Shown in pieces: positions 32,163 through 42,988 of a stretch of DNA of 64,000 nt (position 1 is the first letter of the stretch; every line of letters begins with the position of its first letter). Source of the stretch: an uncultured bacterium (GTDB taxonomy: Bacteria; Chloroflexota; UBA5177; JANWHV01); contig CAVSOU010000005.1 of the NCBI GenBank assembly GCA_963729625.1, positions 57,467 through 121,466 of the forward strand, in the 5' to 3' direction. The position numbers were made by a program, and so were the translations under genes. A model generated the notes under the pieces. That model searched no databases, was not told where the DNA came from, and saw only the letters and a program-made list of their open reading frames with translations.

Positions 32163-33521
32163 TCAAGCAAAGCTGATCAACACAACTACGCCGGTACGAT
32201 CTGCTGTCCGCTGATAGGCATCCACAGTCTGCTCAAGCGAATACGTATGCGTGATCATCGATTTCACGTCGTAAGCGCCGGTCTCGATGTAGCGCACGAA
32301 GCGCGGTATGTCCCTGAGGGGTACGGCACCGCCGAAAGTCGAAGGGTGGTGCGTCCTGTTCATAACAGCCCACATGCCGGGGTTTGAAAAGACCAGATCG
32401 CCATGCTGCCCTGCACCCAGTGTGATGAAGTCTCCCCCGGGAACACATGCCTCCCACGCCTGGCGTAACGAGGTAACGCCAGAAGGATCAGGCCCAGCTG
32501 GCACCTTGGGCGGGAGTCGATCGCCCCCCACTGCTTCGATGACAAGCTCGCCGCCGGCGGTCGCAAACGACGGACCTCCTCCGGCAAAGGTTCTCGACGA
32601 ATAACCGGTACAAATCGACTTGATGCTGGCAATGAGGTTATTTCCCTCTGAGTTTGGATCCAGCACATGTGTAGCACCCAGTTTCAATGCCAGATCCCGG
32701 CGGTGTTTCGCGGGTTCCACAACCACAATTCTGGAGGCACCGCGAATCCTCGCTCCCTGTACTGCACTGAGCCCCACCAGCCCTGCGCCCAAGACGACGA
32801 TGTTTGAACCCGGAAGCACCGGCACGAAACAAGCTGCCGCTGCAAGTCCAACCGTGCCGCCACTGATAAGTACCGCAAGCTCTTGGGATGAAACGCTGGA
32901 ACTTACCGGGTGCACAGAATACTCATAGGGCACCATAATCTCTGAGGTGCCGCCAACGTTCGCTGTCTGATAAATCTTCTCGCCACTCCTTGTCTCTGCA
33001 ATCGGTACAAGTGGTTCAAAGAACGCATTGCAAAAGTCTGCTCGCCCCTTTACGCAGGCGCTACACACGCCGCAATGCGGGTTGAACGCGACGATGACAC
33101 GATCGCCAACCTTCGCGCGCGTGACAGCCGATCCCACGGCCTCGACAATACCAACGCCGCCGTGCCCGACGATCGTTGGCAGCTCAGGAAAATCCGGGGG
33201 CTCCAGCCCAAGCATGACCCCGGCGAGCGTATACGTACAGAGCGTCGCCTCCGTTCTAACAACTAATTGCTTCTCAGCGATGGGTCGCAGCGTCAGTTCT
33301 TCTATTGAGCTGCGCGTACCACGATGAACCTGTGCTCGGAATTTTCGGGCGGGAGTGGAGGCCGCTCGTGGTTCGGCCGCAGATGCCGTTGCTCCTAGGG
33401 CAGCGCCGCCAATCATTGCCCCTGCGCCAACCAACGCATTTCGCCTTGAATAGATTGGCTTTGATGAGTCGTCGCTGTCGATCATCCCCGGCGTGCTATC
33501 GGAGGTGTTCATAATCCCCAC
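32163..33521 (-). CDS. Zn-dependent medium-chain dehydrogenase with Tat signal peptide
   Basis: SRRNALVGAGAMIGGAALGATASA; GHGGVGIVEAVG, CGVCSACVKGRADFC, GAGLVGLSAVQGA. Confidence 0.85.
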   Translation of the reverse strand: MGIMNTSDSTPGMIDSDDSSKPIYSRRNALVGAGAMIGGAALGATASAAEPRAASTPARKFRAQVHRGTRSSIEELTLRPIAEKQLVVRTEATLCTYTLAGVMLGLEPPDFPELPTIVGHGGVGIVEAVGSAVTRAKVGDRVIVAFNPHCGVCSACVKGRADFCNAFFEPLVPIAETRSGEKIYQTANVGGTSEIMVPYEYSVHPVSSSVSSQELAVLISGGTVGLAAAACFVPVLPGSNIVVLGAGLVGLSAVQGARIRGASRIVVVEPAKHRRDLALKLGATHVLDPNSEGNNLIASIKSICTGYSSRTFAGGGPSFATAGGELVIEAVGGDRLPPKVPAGPDPSGVTSLRQAWEACVPGGDFITLGAGQHGDLVFSNPGMWAVMNRTHHPSTFGGAVPLRDIPRFVRYIETGAYDVKSMITHTYSLEQTVDAYQRTADRTGVVVLISFA

Positions 33522-33989
33522 TACCTTGGTACTTGGTACCCACTTCTCGCCCTAACGAAATCATGTAGCTCCCAATGCCCGTCTATGGCACAGGAATAGG
33601 CGGATAGTACTTTCAGTCGGCCATGATTGGCCACGATTGCGCGACAGACCGCCTCGCGAGCACCTCGCGCGTGCCGGCCGGACGCCCGATCAGGATATCG
33701 CCAGCGCAGCCGCCAGCCTCTGATCAGCCTGTCAGCCCCAGCTGGGCTGGGCCAGTTGACCTATGACTGCCTCTCCACTCCGGCCCCCGTCAGCCCGTCA
33801 CCGGGCGCAGCCCGTCCCGACCCGCTGCCGTGATGGCGCAGGATCGGCTCTCGATCCGATTGCCGAAGCCCCACCCTGGCCGCACAGCAACGCCCACGGC
33901 AGCGGCGGCGCCCGCGCTGCTTGGGGCGCCAGTTCCGGCTCCTGGGCACCGGTGGTGCGATCCGGACGCACCAGGATGCCAGCGATGAC

Positions 33990-34325
33990 CGCCGGCTCTA
34001 CCTTCGCGCCGGGCCTGTCATATACCGCGTGCACCACAAGTTCGCACACACCGATGTGGCGGTGTCGGCCGGCGTGCAGTACAGGGTGCGCAGTGACCTG
34101 GGCGCCAGCGGCGTGATGTTCACGCTCGACACCGACTCGGACTTCCGCGACGTGGTGTTCATCGCCAGTTCGTACGGCCTCGGCGAGACCGTCGTGCAGG
34201 GCGCGGTGAACCCGGACGAGTACTACTTGCACAAAGCCGGCCTCGCGGCCGACCAGCGCTGTGTGCTGCAGCGGAACCTCGGCGCCAAGGCCATCAAGAT
34301 GATCTATGCCGAGGGTGGCAGCGAC
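33990..34325 (+). pseudogene. ppsA: Internal fragment of phosphoenolpyruvate synthase
   Basis: [64 protein letters not shown]. Confidence 0.8.
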
Positions 34326-34435
34326 AACGGGGCAGCGGCACGCGGGTCCGTCCATCCTACAAGAACGTTGCCGCATCGCATGCAATGGCCGCACCCCATA
34401 GTCGGTACCGTGTATCCCATGGCTCACAGTACCCC

Positions 34436-34745
34436 ATGCGTCAGATCATCCGGTCTGGAACGTTTGGTCTCTGGTTAGCCGGTCTTCGTGATCGCAATGC
34501 TAGAACGCGGGTCATGGTGCGCGTGGACTGGCTGGCCGGCGGCAATGCGGGCGACGTGAAGCCGGTAGGCGCTGGTGTCAGCGAACTGCGCATCGACTGC
34601 GGCCCAGGTTACCGCGCGTATTTCTTCCAGAGGGGCGACGTGCTTGTGGTGCTGCTTTGCGGTGGCGACAAGCGCACCCAGGTGGCCGATATCAAGCAGG
34701 GGCGATCCAGTTGGCCGCACAGTGGCAGGAGCAGAATCATGGCAA
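34436..34745 (+). CDS. RelE/HigB-like addiction-module killer toxin; C-terminal frameshift
   Basis: [14 protein letters not shown]...[41 protein letters not shown]; end approximate. Confidence 0.85.
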
Positions 34746-35039
34746 AAGCCAAGCGCGAGAAGTACGCTTCTTACGACAGCGCGGACTGCCTTCGCGCCAA
34801 GTAAGGACGTTGCCGCTTATCTCAGGGTCTGCATGGAAGATGCGGGCGATGATCCCGCCTTCATCGTCCAGGCACTTGGTACGGTGGCACGCGCCAAAGG
34901 CATGCCGAGCCTTGCCAAGAAGACGGGACTCACGCGAGAGGGCCTGTACAAGGCGCTAAGCAAAGGCGGCAATCCAAGCTTCGGCACCGCGTTTCGAGTC
35001 ATCCACGCCAAGGGCCTGAGGATGGAATTGGCACGCTAG
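34739..35039 (+). CDS. Addiction-module antidote (HTH antitoxin); frameshifted
   Basis: YDSADCL / DVAAYL...DPAFIVQALGTVARAKGM..LAKKTGLTREGLYKALSKGGNPSFGT. Confidence 0.85.
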
Positions 35040-35086
35040 ATTCGGGTCATTAATTCGGCCGACAACGACGGAACTCTCGCACTTCG

Positions 35087-35249
35087 TCCGGAGTAGTCCG
35101 ACATGGCCCGGCAAGCGGCAACGACGTCCAACCAAATCTAGCCCTTTCGTTGTAGCTGGATCAATAGCTAGATTGGAGCAGCCCTACTTTTCGCAGCCAC
35201 TTCAATTGGTTAGGAAGGCGGGGAGGAGTTGGTGCAGAACATCGAATGA
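35087..35249 (+). repeat. att junction 4, directly upstream of the integrase
   Basis: TGTAGCT (35151), AATAGCT (35163), TCAATTGGTTA, core GGTGCAGAACATCGAATGA encoding VQNIE*, a typical YicC C-terminus. Confidence 0.8.
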
Positions 35250-35381
35250 CTTCCGCAGTCATCCGAGAGCTTCCAGAGAAGTTGCCGTAAACCCCATGAG
35301 TTTCTGTCTGTTTTGACCAGATTCATCCACTAGGGCCCAACCCCCTCTGGGCTACATTCGCAGCGAGGCAGGTAGCCGACC

Positions 35382-35401
35382 TGTAGCTAATTCTGTAGCT
35401 A
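35382..35401 (+). promoter_or_regulatory. Tandem arm-type integrase binding sites
   Basis: TGTAGCTA at 35382 and 35394, with the same 12-bp period as the pairs in the junction arms. Confidence 0.65.
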
Positions 35402-35424
35402 CCATTCGACGAGAAGGGGGCGCA

Positions 35425-36682
35425 ATGGCACGCGCGAAACTCACGGCGCTGAGCGTCGAGCGGGCTCACCGGTCCGGCGAGCCGCTGCTGCTCAGCGACG
35501 GTGATGGCCTCTACCTGCGTAAGCAGACCCGCGATGGCGCCTCGTGGACGCTCCGCTATCACTACGCGGGCAAGGAGCATTGGCTCACGCTCGGCAACTA
35601 TCCCGACATGCCGCTTTGCACAGGCGCGCATAGGCGCGCCAGGCGCGCGTGCTGCTCGCCAAGCAGCAGAATCCACTGGCCGTCCGGCGCAGCGCTCTGA
35701 CTAAGGAACGCCAGAAAGGGTCGTTCAAGACGCTCTGCGAGGATTGGTATCGCGCCGAAGTCCAGGCGCGCGGCCTCAAGCACCCCACCGTCCCGCGCCG
35801 CTATCTCGACAGGTACCTGCTGCCGAAGTTCGGTCGATTCCCTGCCAGCGACATCACGCCCGCGGATGTCGCCTGCCTGTTGGACGAGATCAAGGAGCGC
35901 GCCCCGACCGCTGCGAATGATCTCCTGCGCTTCACTCGGCGGATTTTCGCGTTCGGCGTGCGTCTTCGTTTCGTGCCGAGCAGCCCTGCGACCGATTTCT
36001 CGCCTCGACTGGATGCCGGCGGCACGGAACGGCCGCGCAGCCGCGCGTTGAGCACCGAAGAACTCGCACGACTCTTCAAAAAGATCCGCGAGACCCCGAG
36101 CTTCGGCGAGGACAACTTGCTCGCGATCAAGCTGCTGCTGGCACTGTGTGTACGCAAGGGCGAACTGCTGGGCGCAGGTGGACTGAGTTCGATCTCAACG
36201 GCAAAACTCCCCTCGGCGCTGTCTGGCACTTGCGTGGCCCGCGGACCAAAACGGGTGAGAGTCTCGACATACCGTTGACGCCGGCGGTGATCGAATGGGT
36301 CACCGCCTTGCACACGCTCACGGCGGGCAGCGACTACACCTTCCCGAAGCGCTGCCGTGGTCCGCGGGAGCGGGTACCGCACGTCGGTATCGATACCCTG
36401 AACGTGGCGTTGCAGCGCGTGAAGCACGAATTACCGCACTTCACACTCCACGATCTCCGGCGTACAGCGCGCACGCACCTCGCAGCATTGGGCGTGCGGC
36501 GCGAAGTTGCAGAGCGCTGTCTCGGCCACAAGCTCCGCGGGGTTGAGCGGACCTACGATCGTCACGATTACTTCAAGGAGCACCGCGTGGCGCTGGAGCA
36601 GTGATCCACGCTGATCCGCCAGGCTGAGAGCGGCGAACGGAAGGTCGTGCCCCTTCGCGCCAAGAACATTCGGGAAAATTAA
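35425..36682 (+). CDS. P4-like tyrosine integrase with N-terminal arm-binding domain; two frameshifts and a TGA at 36602-36604
   Basis: DGDGLYLR..W.LRY..LTLGNYP; CVRKGE (R), RTKT (K), HDLRRT, CLGH, TYDRHDY (Y). Confidence 0.9.
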
Positions 36683-37332
36683 GGTCGTTGCATCCGTCGA
36701 AACTGTTCAACCAGCAAAGGCATGTCTGTGTCCGGAGCGATGCCGCCGCTGGCCCTCAATTCCGCTTTCAACTGCTGCACTCTCTGGCACGAAAGATCGA
36801 GTTGCGCTGCCGTCTTGCAGAAAATGTCGCGATCGCTCTTTCGATAGTCGGGCAGATGGGCGCGGAGCGCTTGCTGCACCTCGGCCGCGTTCTGGAACGG
36901 ACGCGCCGAGTACTCGAAGTGGAGCAGCAGCCAGAACTCAATACTCGGGCAACTGGCGATGATCTGCACTTGCGTGGTGGTACCGGCGGCGTTTCGCAGC
37001 GGGCGAGCGGCCAGCGCCCGCGCGGCGACCAGATGATGCGAGTCGCCATCGCAGACCACGTAGACCAGATCGTAGTCGCGGTCGCTCTTGAATAGCTTTT
37101 GCGCTTTGCGAACGAGTCCGACCGGATCGGTCACCGAGTCACCGGCCTCGATGTGAACGGCGGCGGCGTTGATTCGCAGGTGATCGCGCAATCCGTCGAT
37201 ATAATTCGGCTCCGTTTCGCGGCCTTCGCAGACTACCAATATCGCGGGCAACCCACGGCGCGACGCTTTCTGACGCGCAAGGCGACGCTGCTCCTTGCGC
37301 ATCTGCCGGTGCTTGGGCTGATTGTCGCGCAT
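36679..37332 (-). CDS. RloB-family protein
   Basis: ILVVCEGRETEPNY, YDLVYVVCDGD, SCPSIEFWLLLHF; coupled to the upstream AAA_21 ATPase. Confidence 0.88.
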   Translation of the reverse strand: MRDNQPKHRQMRKEQRRLARQKASRRGLPAILVVCEGRETEPNYIDGLRDHLRINAAAVHIEAGDSVTDPVGLVRKAQKLFKSDRDYDLVYVVCDGDSHHLVAARALAARPLRNAAGTTTQVQIIASCPSIEFWLLLHFEYSARPFQNAAEVQQALRAHLPDYRKSDRDIFCKTAAQLDLSCQRVQQLKAELRASGGIAPDTDMPLLVEQFRRMQRP

Positions 37333-37336
37333 CGCT

Positions 37337-38600
37337 TCAATGCAGGTGGGTTCGCGAGATGAAGGGCACGCCGCCGTACCGCGCGCGCAGGTACCCCTTC
37401 TCGAGCGCCTCGCCCTTGCGCGGACTGAAGGCGGTCAGAGGATAGAGTCGGCTTGCCTGGCGTTCGTCCTTGTCCACGAACCACACCTGATCACGCCGCA
37501 GCAGGTCCGTGTCCAGCAGCGACGTGTCATGAGTCGTCATCCACAGCTGCGCACCGTGCTTCGAAACCTCCGGATTGTGGAACAGGCTCAGCACGAATCG
37601 GACGACCATCGGATGCAGGCTCGAGTCGAATTCATCGACGACCAGGAGCTTGCCGCTTTCCAGAACATCGAGGATCGGGCCGATGTAGGACAGCAGCCGC
37701 TGGGTACCCGCCGATTCGAATCGACCATCGAATGCGACTGCGTCCTCGCCTTCGAGCTTGTGAACAAACTTCACGATGGGGAGCTCCTGTGCGCTTGTCG
37801 ATAGTTCAGGCGCCTTGCCGGGCTCCAGCTTGAAGGCCACCTGATGACCCGGAACATTCTCCACTTGGATGTCCGCGATGTGCAGATCTGCCGAGCGCAA
37901 TAGACTCAGGGCCCGGGCCTTGAAGGCTGGGTCATCCATGCGCTGCAGTGTCTGGCCGAATGCCCAGCGCGCCAGCCCAGTTCACGATGACGAGGCCATC
38001 CATAAACCAGTTCCAAAGCGGCTTGAGCTGCTCGTTGTTGAGCTGAATGGCTGTGGTCAGGAACAGTGCGCCCGGCCTCGTGGCCTGCCGCCAGGTTTCC
38101 TTCGACCCGGTGAAGTAACTCGAGAAGGGGGCCCACTCGTGCTCGCCCTTCGCATCATTCCAGCGGCGCTCGAACCAGGACTGACCCTTCCCGGTCTTGT
38201 AGACGATCAGCCACTCGTCACGAATCCGCTGCGCGTCATAGGAGAAGCCGTACTGGTAACGCGTGCCGTCGAGCAGAACCACGATCTCGAACTCCGTGGG
38301 ATCCCCCGCGCTGCTGCGCTCAAGGCGATAGGGGGTGTACTGCTCGGCACGCGCGGCATCGAGCATCGACGTGGAATGCAGCACGAGGTTGCGCATGGTC
38401 ACGAGGGCAAAGATCAGGTTGCTCTTGCCGCTGGCATTGGCGCCATAAACGACACCCGCCCGGTTCAGCCTTGGCACGCTTCGAACGCCGGTCTCAATGG
38501 TGTGCGTCGCAAGGTGTGAGCGGTCCGTACTCGACACCATGCTCAGCGTCTGCTCATCGCGCAGGGAGCGGAAATTCTTTGCGCCGAATTCGACAAACAT
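37337..38600 (-). CDS. AAA_21 ATPase (RloA/AbiL-type); one frameshift
   Basis: NFRSLRDEQTLSM, YGANASGKSN, YQYGF, ESAGTQR, VVDEFDSSLHP, QLWMTTHD, LRRDQVWFVDK, YLRARYGGVP. Confidence 0.9.
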
Positions 38601-38917
38601 TTTCGCTCCTAGAACAAAATAACGGCCATATGTGCGTATGATACGCAATAATCGCGTTATTTTTGTAATAAAAACGTGAAATTGGTTCCGAATTCCCTGC
38701 CGCACAACGCTATCGTGCGCCGCAGTCACGTCGATTCCGCACGATGCCTATAAGATATTGATTTATATAAACCCCAGCCTTCCCGGGATGATGACCCAGT
38801 GTCGCCAGCCGTCGCCCATGTCGTAGCGATTATCGTTCTACGGTGTGCTTGGCCTCCGGCGCGACGCAAGTGCAAGCATCGGCTGTTTGCAGGTTTAGGC
38901 GGCCGCTATCTGCAGGG

Positions 38918-41621
38918 TTAGGGCGCGCCCGGCACGAAAACGTGCCGATCACCCGGCGCGAGCACGGCCGCGAGCGACCGGGCCAGGTTTTCGAGTGCGG
39001 CCTCGCTGGGCAGCGTCACGGTGAGGCGCGGACGACCCTGCTCATCGCGATCGACGCACTCATCGAGGCGGGCCTTGAACTCGCTGGTGAGTATCGCGGC
39101 GCCATCGGTCGGCTCCCGTCGCGGGAGCATCTCGCCGAGGAAGCTGAAGGCCGCGGCAACCAGTTGACCGCCCGCCTCGGCGACGCGTTGACGGCGGGCA
39201 ATCCGCTCCGCCTCCTGCTGCACCCGCTGTTTCTCGCTCTCATCCGTCGGGGCGTGGACGTTGGCGCCGAGCAGCACCTCGAGCCGCTGCCGGAGCTCTT
39301 CGACGCCCGAAGTCAGGGCGACCTCCCGGACTTCCGACTCCATGTCGAGAGCGGCGAGCGCGAGGTCCCGTTTCGCGGCCAGGGTTGCGAGCAGCTTCTC
39401 CTCGATCGTCGCTTCTGTCACAAACAGGTAAACCTGCACCGGGTTCTTCTGCCCCATCCGGTGCGCCCGCGCGATGCGTTGTTCGAGAACGGCCGGGTTC
39501 CAAGGCAGATCGACATTGATGACAGTGTTCGCGGCCTGCAGGTTGAGTCCGGTCGAGCCCGCGTTGCTCGTCAGGAAGACGCGGCACGCGGCTCACGCTG
39601 GAACCGGTGCACCAGCTGCTGGCGCTTCTTCTGCGGGACCGAGCCGTCCAGCCGCACGTAGCCGAGCTTGAGGCGCTGCGATCTTGCGCTCGATCAAGGT
39701 CAGCATCGTCGTCCATTCGGAGAAGAGCACGACCTTGCGGTCCTCTTCCAGCGCCAGCTCCTCCAGAAGCTCCACCAGGCGCTCAAGCTTGCTCGAGAAG
39801 CCAGGCGCCTGTTTGTCCACGAGAAAGGTGCTGTCGGCGGCCATGCGTGCACAGCAGCAGCGCCTTCTGCAATCGCAGCAGATCCATCTCGGAGAGGTAC
39901 TTCTTGCGCACGATGCTGCTCACGATCTGCATCTGTGCCTGTTCATGCCGGCCTGCTCGTCCGTGGGTGCCACGCGGACGATCTCCGTCGTGCGTGGCGG
40001 CAGGTCCTTCATCACGGCGCTGCGCGTCCGGCGCAGCAAGACGGGCTTGAGCCGCTCGCGCAGAAGTCGTCCAGGTCCTTGTAACCCATGACCTTGCCTC
40101 GGTCGTCGATGACACGATGGCGGTTAAAGAAGCGGAAGCGCGGGCCCGAGCTGGCGCGCATCGATGAATTCGCACGACGGAAAACAGATCGTCCAGGCGG
40201 TTTTCCAGCGGCGTGCCCGTGAGCACGAGCGCGAATGGGGAGCGCAGGCTTTGATGATCCGTGACGGTCTTCGCCTCCCAGTTCTTGATGCGCTGGCCCT
40301 CGTCGAGAATGATCAGATCCCACCGGATATTTTCGATGGCCAGGATGTCGCGCAGGACCTGCTCGTAGTTGCAGATCGTGAAGAAGCACGCATTCCCATA
40401 CTGTGCGCCGCGCTCTGCGGCGCTGCCCAGCACGACCTGGCAATCACGAGCGGAGAACCGCTGGATCTCGCTGCGCCACTGCGACTTTGACCGATGCGGG
40501 GCAGACGACGAGAACCTTGCGTATGTCGGCCTCGCGCGCGAGCAACTCGGCGACGCCGATCCCCTGCATGCGTCTTGCCGAGCCCCATGTCGTCCGCGAG
40601 GATCGCGCGTCCGGTGCCAGCGGCGAAGGCGATCCATCAAGCTGGTACGGCAGGAGTCTCGGCTTTCAGCAGCTCGGTCCGGAGCGGGTGCGTCTTCGGG
40701 TTGCGACGGATCTCGGCGGCTCGGGTGGCGATGCGCTGCTGCAGGAGCCGGGTCTGGATGTATTCCTCGGCGTCGGGATAGACGGTGACTGGGGTGCCTT
40801 GTGCTTCGAGTCGCCGCATGCGCTGTAGGAGCGCCGGCAGATCGGTGATCGGCCTGTCCCGCAGCGGACGGACGATGGTGGCCGCCGCCTGATCGAGCTT
40901 GTCCGGGGCCAGCAGGCGAAGCTCCAGGTCCTTCCCGTAGGCCAGATGTACGCACAGCTCGCGCAGCCGGTACGGTCGGACGTGCGCGGCGCCCGGAAAG
41001 CGTCGCCGCGCTTTCTCGATCGTATGCAGGATGTGCTTGCACGTGCCGAGCGTATTCTTGCGAAAGTCCGGGCAGGAGCAGTAGGACTCACCCCGTTCCC
41101 AGCCCCGCAGCGCCACCCGGTAGGACTTCCCCGACGCCGCGTTGGTCAGCGTGTAGTCGGTCCAGAGCTGCCGGGGGATCCTGGGCGAGCAGCCGCATGC
41201 GCTCCGTTCGCGCGCGCTCGCCACGCTCCGCGATCGCCTGAGCGACGAGTTGCTCCTCGCTGAGGGCCGCGACGCTCGCTGTCACAGGCGGGGTACCCGC
41301 CAGACCGAGGGCAAGCTTTTCCTCGAGGATCAGCGAGAACGCGGCGCCGGCATGCTCGCACGGCACGTTGCAGCGATCGCAGCGCCAGTAGAGGCGATCG
41401 CGGGCGGCGGGGTCCAGCGCGAGCGTGACCGTCGAGCCCTCAAGAGTCAGGCGAAACTGACGCTGATCGAAGCGCACCTGGGTGGCAACGTCGATGTCAT
41501 GGCGGCCACCGGCGGCGATGAGTCGGCTGCCCTGCGCGCCGAGCAGCTTCGCCGCTCGGGTGAAGGTCAGGCGCGAGAGCGTGTCATACAGTGTCAGTTC
41601 GGCGCTCGATTTTGTCAGCAT
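38918..41621 (-). CDS. SWIM zinc-finger SNF2-family helicase; multiple frameshifts
   Basis: CDRC..PCEH and CSCPDFRKNTLGTCKH; MGLGKT, LDEGQRIKN, LTGTPLEN, VLFSEW, GLNLQAANTVINVDLPWNP, MGQKNPVQVY. Confidence 0.85.
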
Positions 41622-41642
41622 GGGATCAACGGTCCTTGGGGT

Positions 41643-42568
41643 TCAGGGTTCCATCGGGGGAATGAATTGCACTTCACATCCGAACCTCTGCAAATCGAGG
41701 ATGCGGCTCGGGTCGACGATTCTGACCTCCGACTCGCCCGCGAAGAACGTGGTGATGCGGAGGTTGTTCAACGTCGTTTTCACTTGCACAAAATGCGGCC
41801 CGAATTTATCGCGGCCGATTTCCGGGTTGAGAGATACGATTGCTGGGCGCTCGCCCACAGGTCCTGGGCGAAACCCGGCGCGTCAATCTCGAACCCCGCG
41901 CGCCGGGCGAGCGTGTCGGCGAGCCAGGTGCCGTCGAGCAGGCCCGCGGTCTCGGAGCGCTTGACGCGATCGTGAATCGTGTTGAATGACAGGACCGAGT
42001 CGGACAGCATCTCAGCCTGCAGGGCGAGGTACCGTCGCCAGGTCCCGCGATTCGGCGCGGAGAGATCCGCTGCGCGAAACCGCAGCTGGCGGAACACGGG
42101 GGCATCGCCGATACCGCGATAGAGGAGAACCTCGCCCTCTCCAAGATGGGGCTGATCCTCCGCCGGAACCCACTGGTAGCTCCCGTGCTGCATCAGCACC
42201 GCGCCGGCGATGCGAAAGGGCTTGCGAATGTGGTGGTAGGCAGCCAGGGGCGTGCGCAGCTCATCGGCCGCGATAAGTCCAGGCTCGCCATAGAGAGGCG
42301 CCGCTGCGCCCGGCCCGCGGCGCGCGTCGGTCCAGAAATCGAACAGGAAGCGCGCGCTGTCCTTGAGCGGACTGCCAAAATAGCGGGGCTGACGCCGATT
42401 GACCTCGGAATTGAAGATGCCGGGCAGAATCAAGGTATATTGGAAAAAATAATCCCTGGGAGGCGGACCTGCCGGGCTGTACGCCAGCGGACCCGCCGCC
42501 GCCAGCCATGGCACGAGCCCGTTCGGGTCTATCACGGTGGACGTGGAGAAGCGCGCGGGAGTTCCCAT
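41643..42568 (-). CDS. Hypothetical protein, putative R-S-E clade ADP-ribosyltransferase fold; one frameshift
   Basis: VLLYRG ... QSY(S)LNPEIG..KFG ... AGESEVRI when the frames are joined near 41835; function inferred from short motifs only. Confidence 0.45.
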
Positions 42569-42573
42569 CGCAG

Positions 42574-42903
42574 TCAGCGTGCGTCCAGCCGGGTGGCAAC
42601 GGCATTACGTGTGTCCGGACTCGGGCGGGAGAACTCCTCTTTGGTCAACAGGCCTTCTGCGTGCAGACCGGCGAGCATCATCAATGCCGTCGAACGCCGC
42701 GGGTCGCTGAAGAGTCGGGCGATCTCGCGATCACGCGTCTGGACGAGTTCGAAGAGACCTTGGTAGCGCTCGTGGGTACCCTTGGAGCTGTCCTGCACGA
42801 CTTGTTCGACCTCGCGCAGCACTCGATCGCAGTAGCGCTCCAGGGCGAGCGGATGCACGGTGCGCAGCAGTTTCCAGTCGGCTTCCTGTATCGCGTGCTG
42901 CAT
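42574..42903 (-). CDS. Small helical hypothetical protein
   Basis: EADWKLLR...ALERYC...HERY...RDREIARLFSDPRRSTA...GLLTKEEF; co-oriented within the cargo cluster. Confidence 0.65.
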   Translation of the reverse strand: MQHAIQEADWKLLRTVHPLALERYCDRVLREVEQVVQDSSKGTHERYQGLFELVQTRDREIARLFSDPRRSTALMMLAGLHAEGLLTKEEFSRPSPDTRNAVATRLDAR

Positions 42904-42988
42904 GACATTCATTCCTGTAATCGTCTGGCCTCGAACAAACGCGCTGAACACCCGTTTGTAGTTCGCCTGATTGCAACCCGTCCTCTCG

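Noticed and set aside
12991-35249. CRISPR array or classical integron attC array
   Set aside because: Repeats are kilobases apart, no attC-type hairpins were seen, there are no cas genes, and the integrase is P4-like rather than IntI
38751-38822. IHF consensus (minus strand AATCAATATCTTA) with a tiny ORF MGDGWRHWVIIPGRLGFI, as an att remnant or peptide
   Set aside because: No partner repeat in the window and no RBS support; may just be AT-rich promoter DNA
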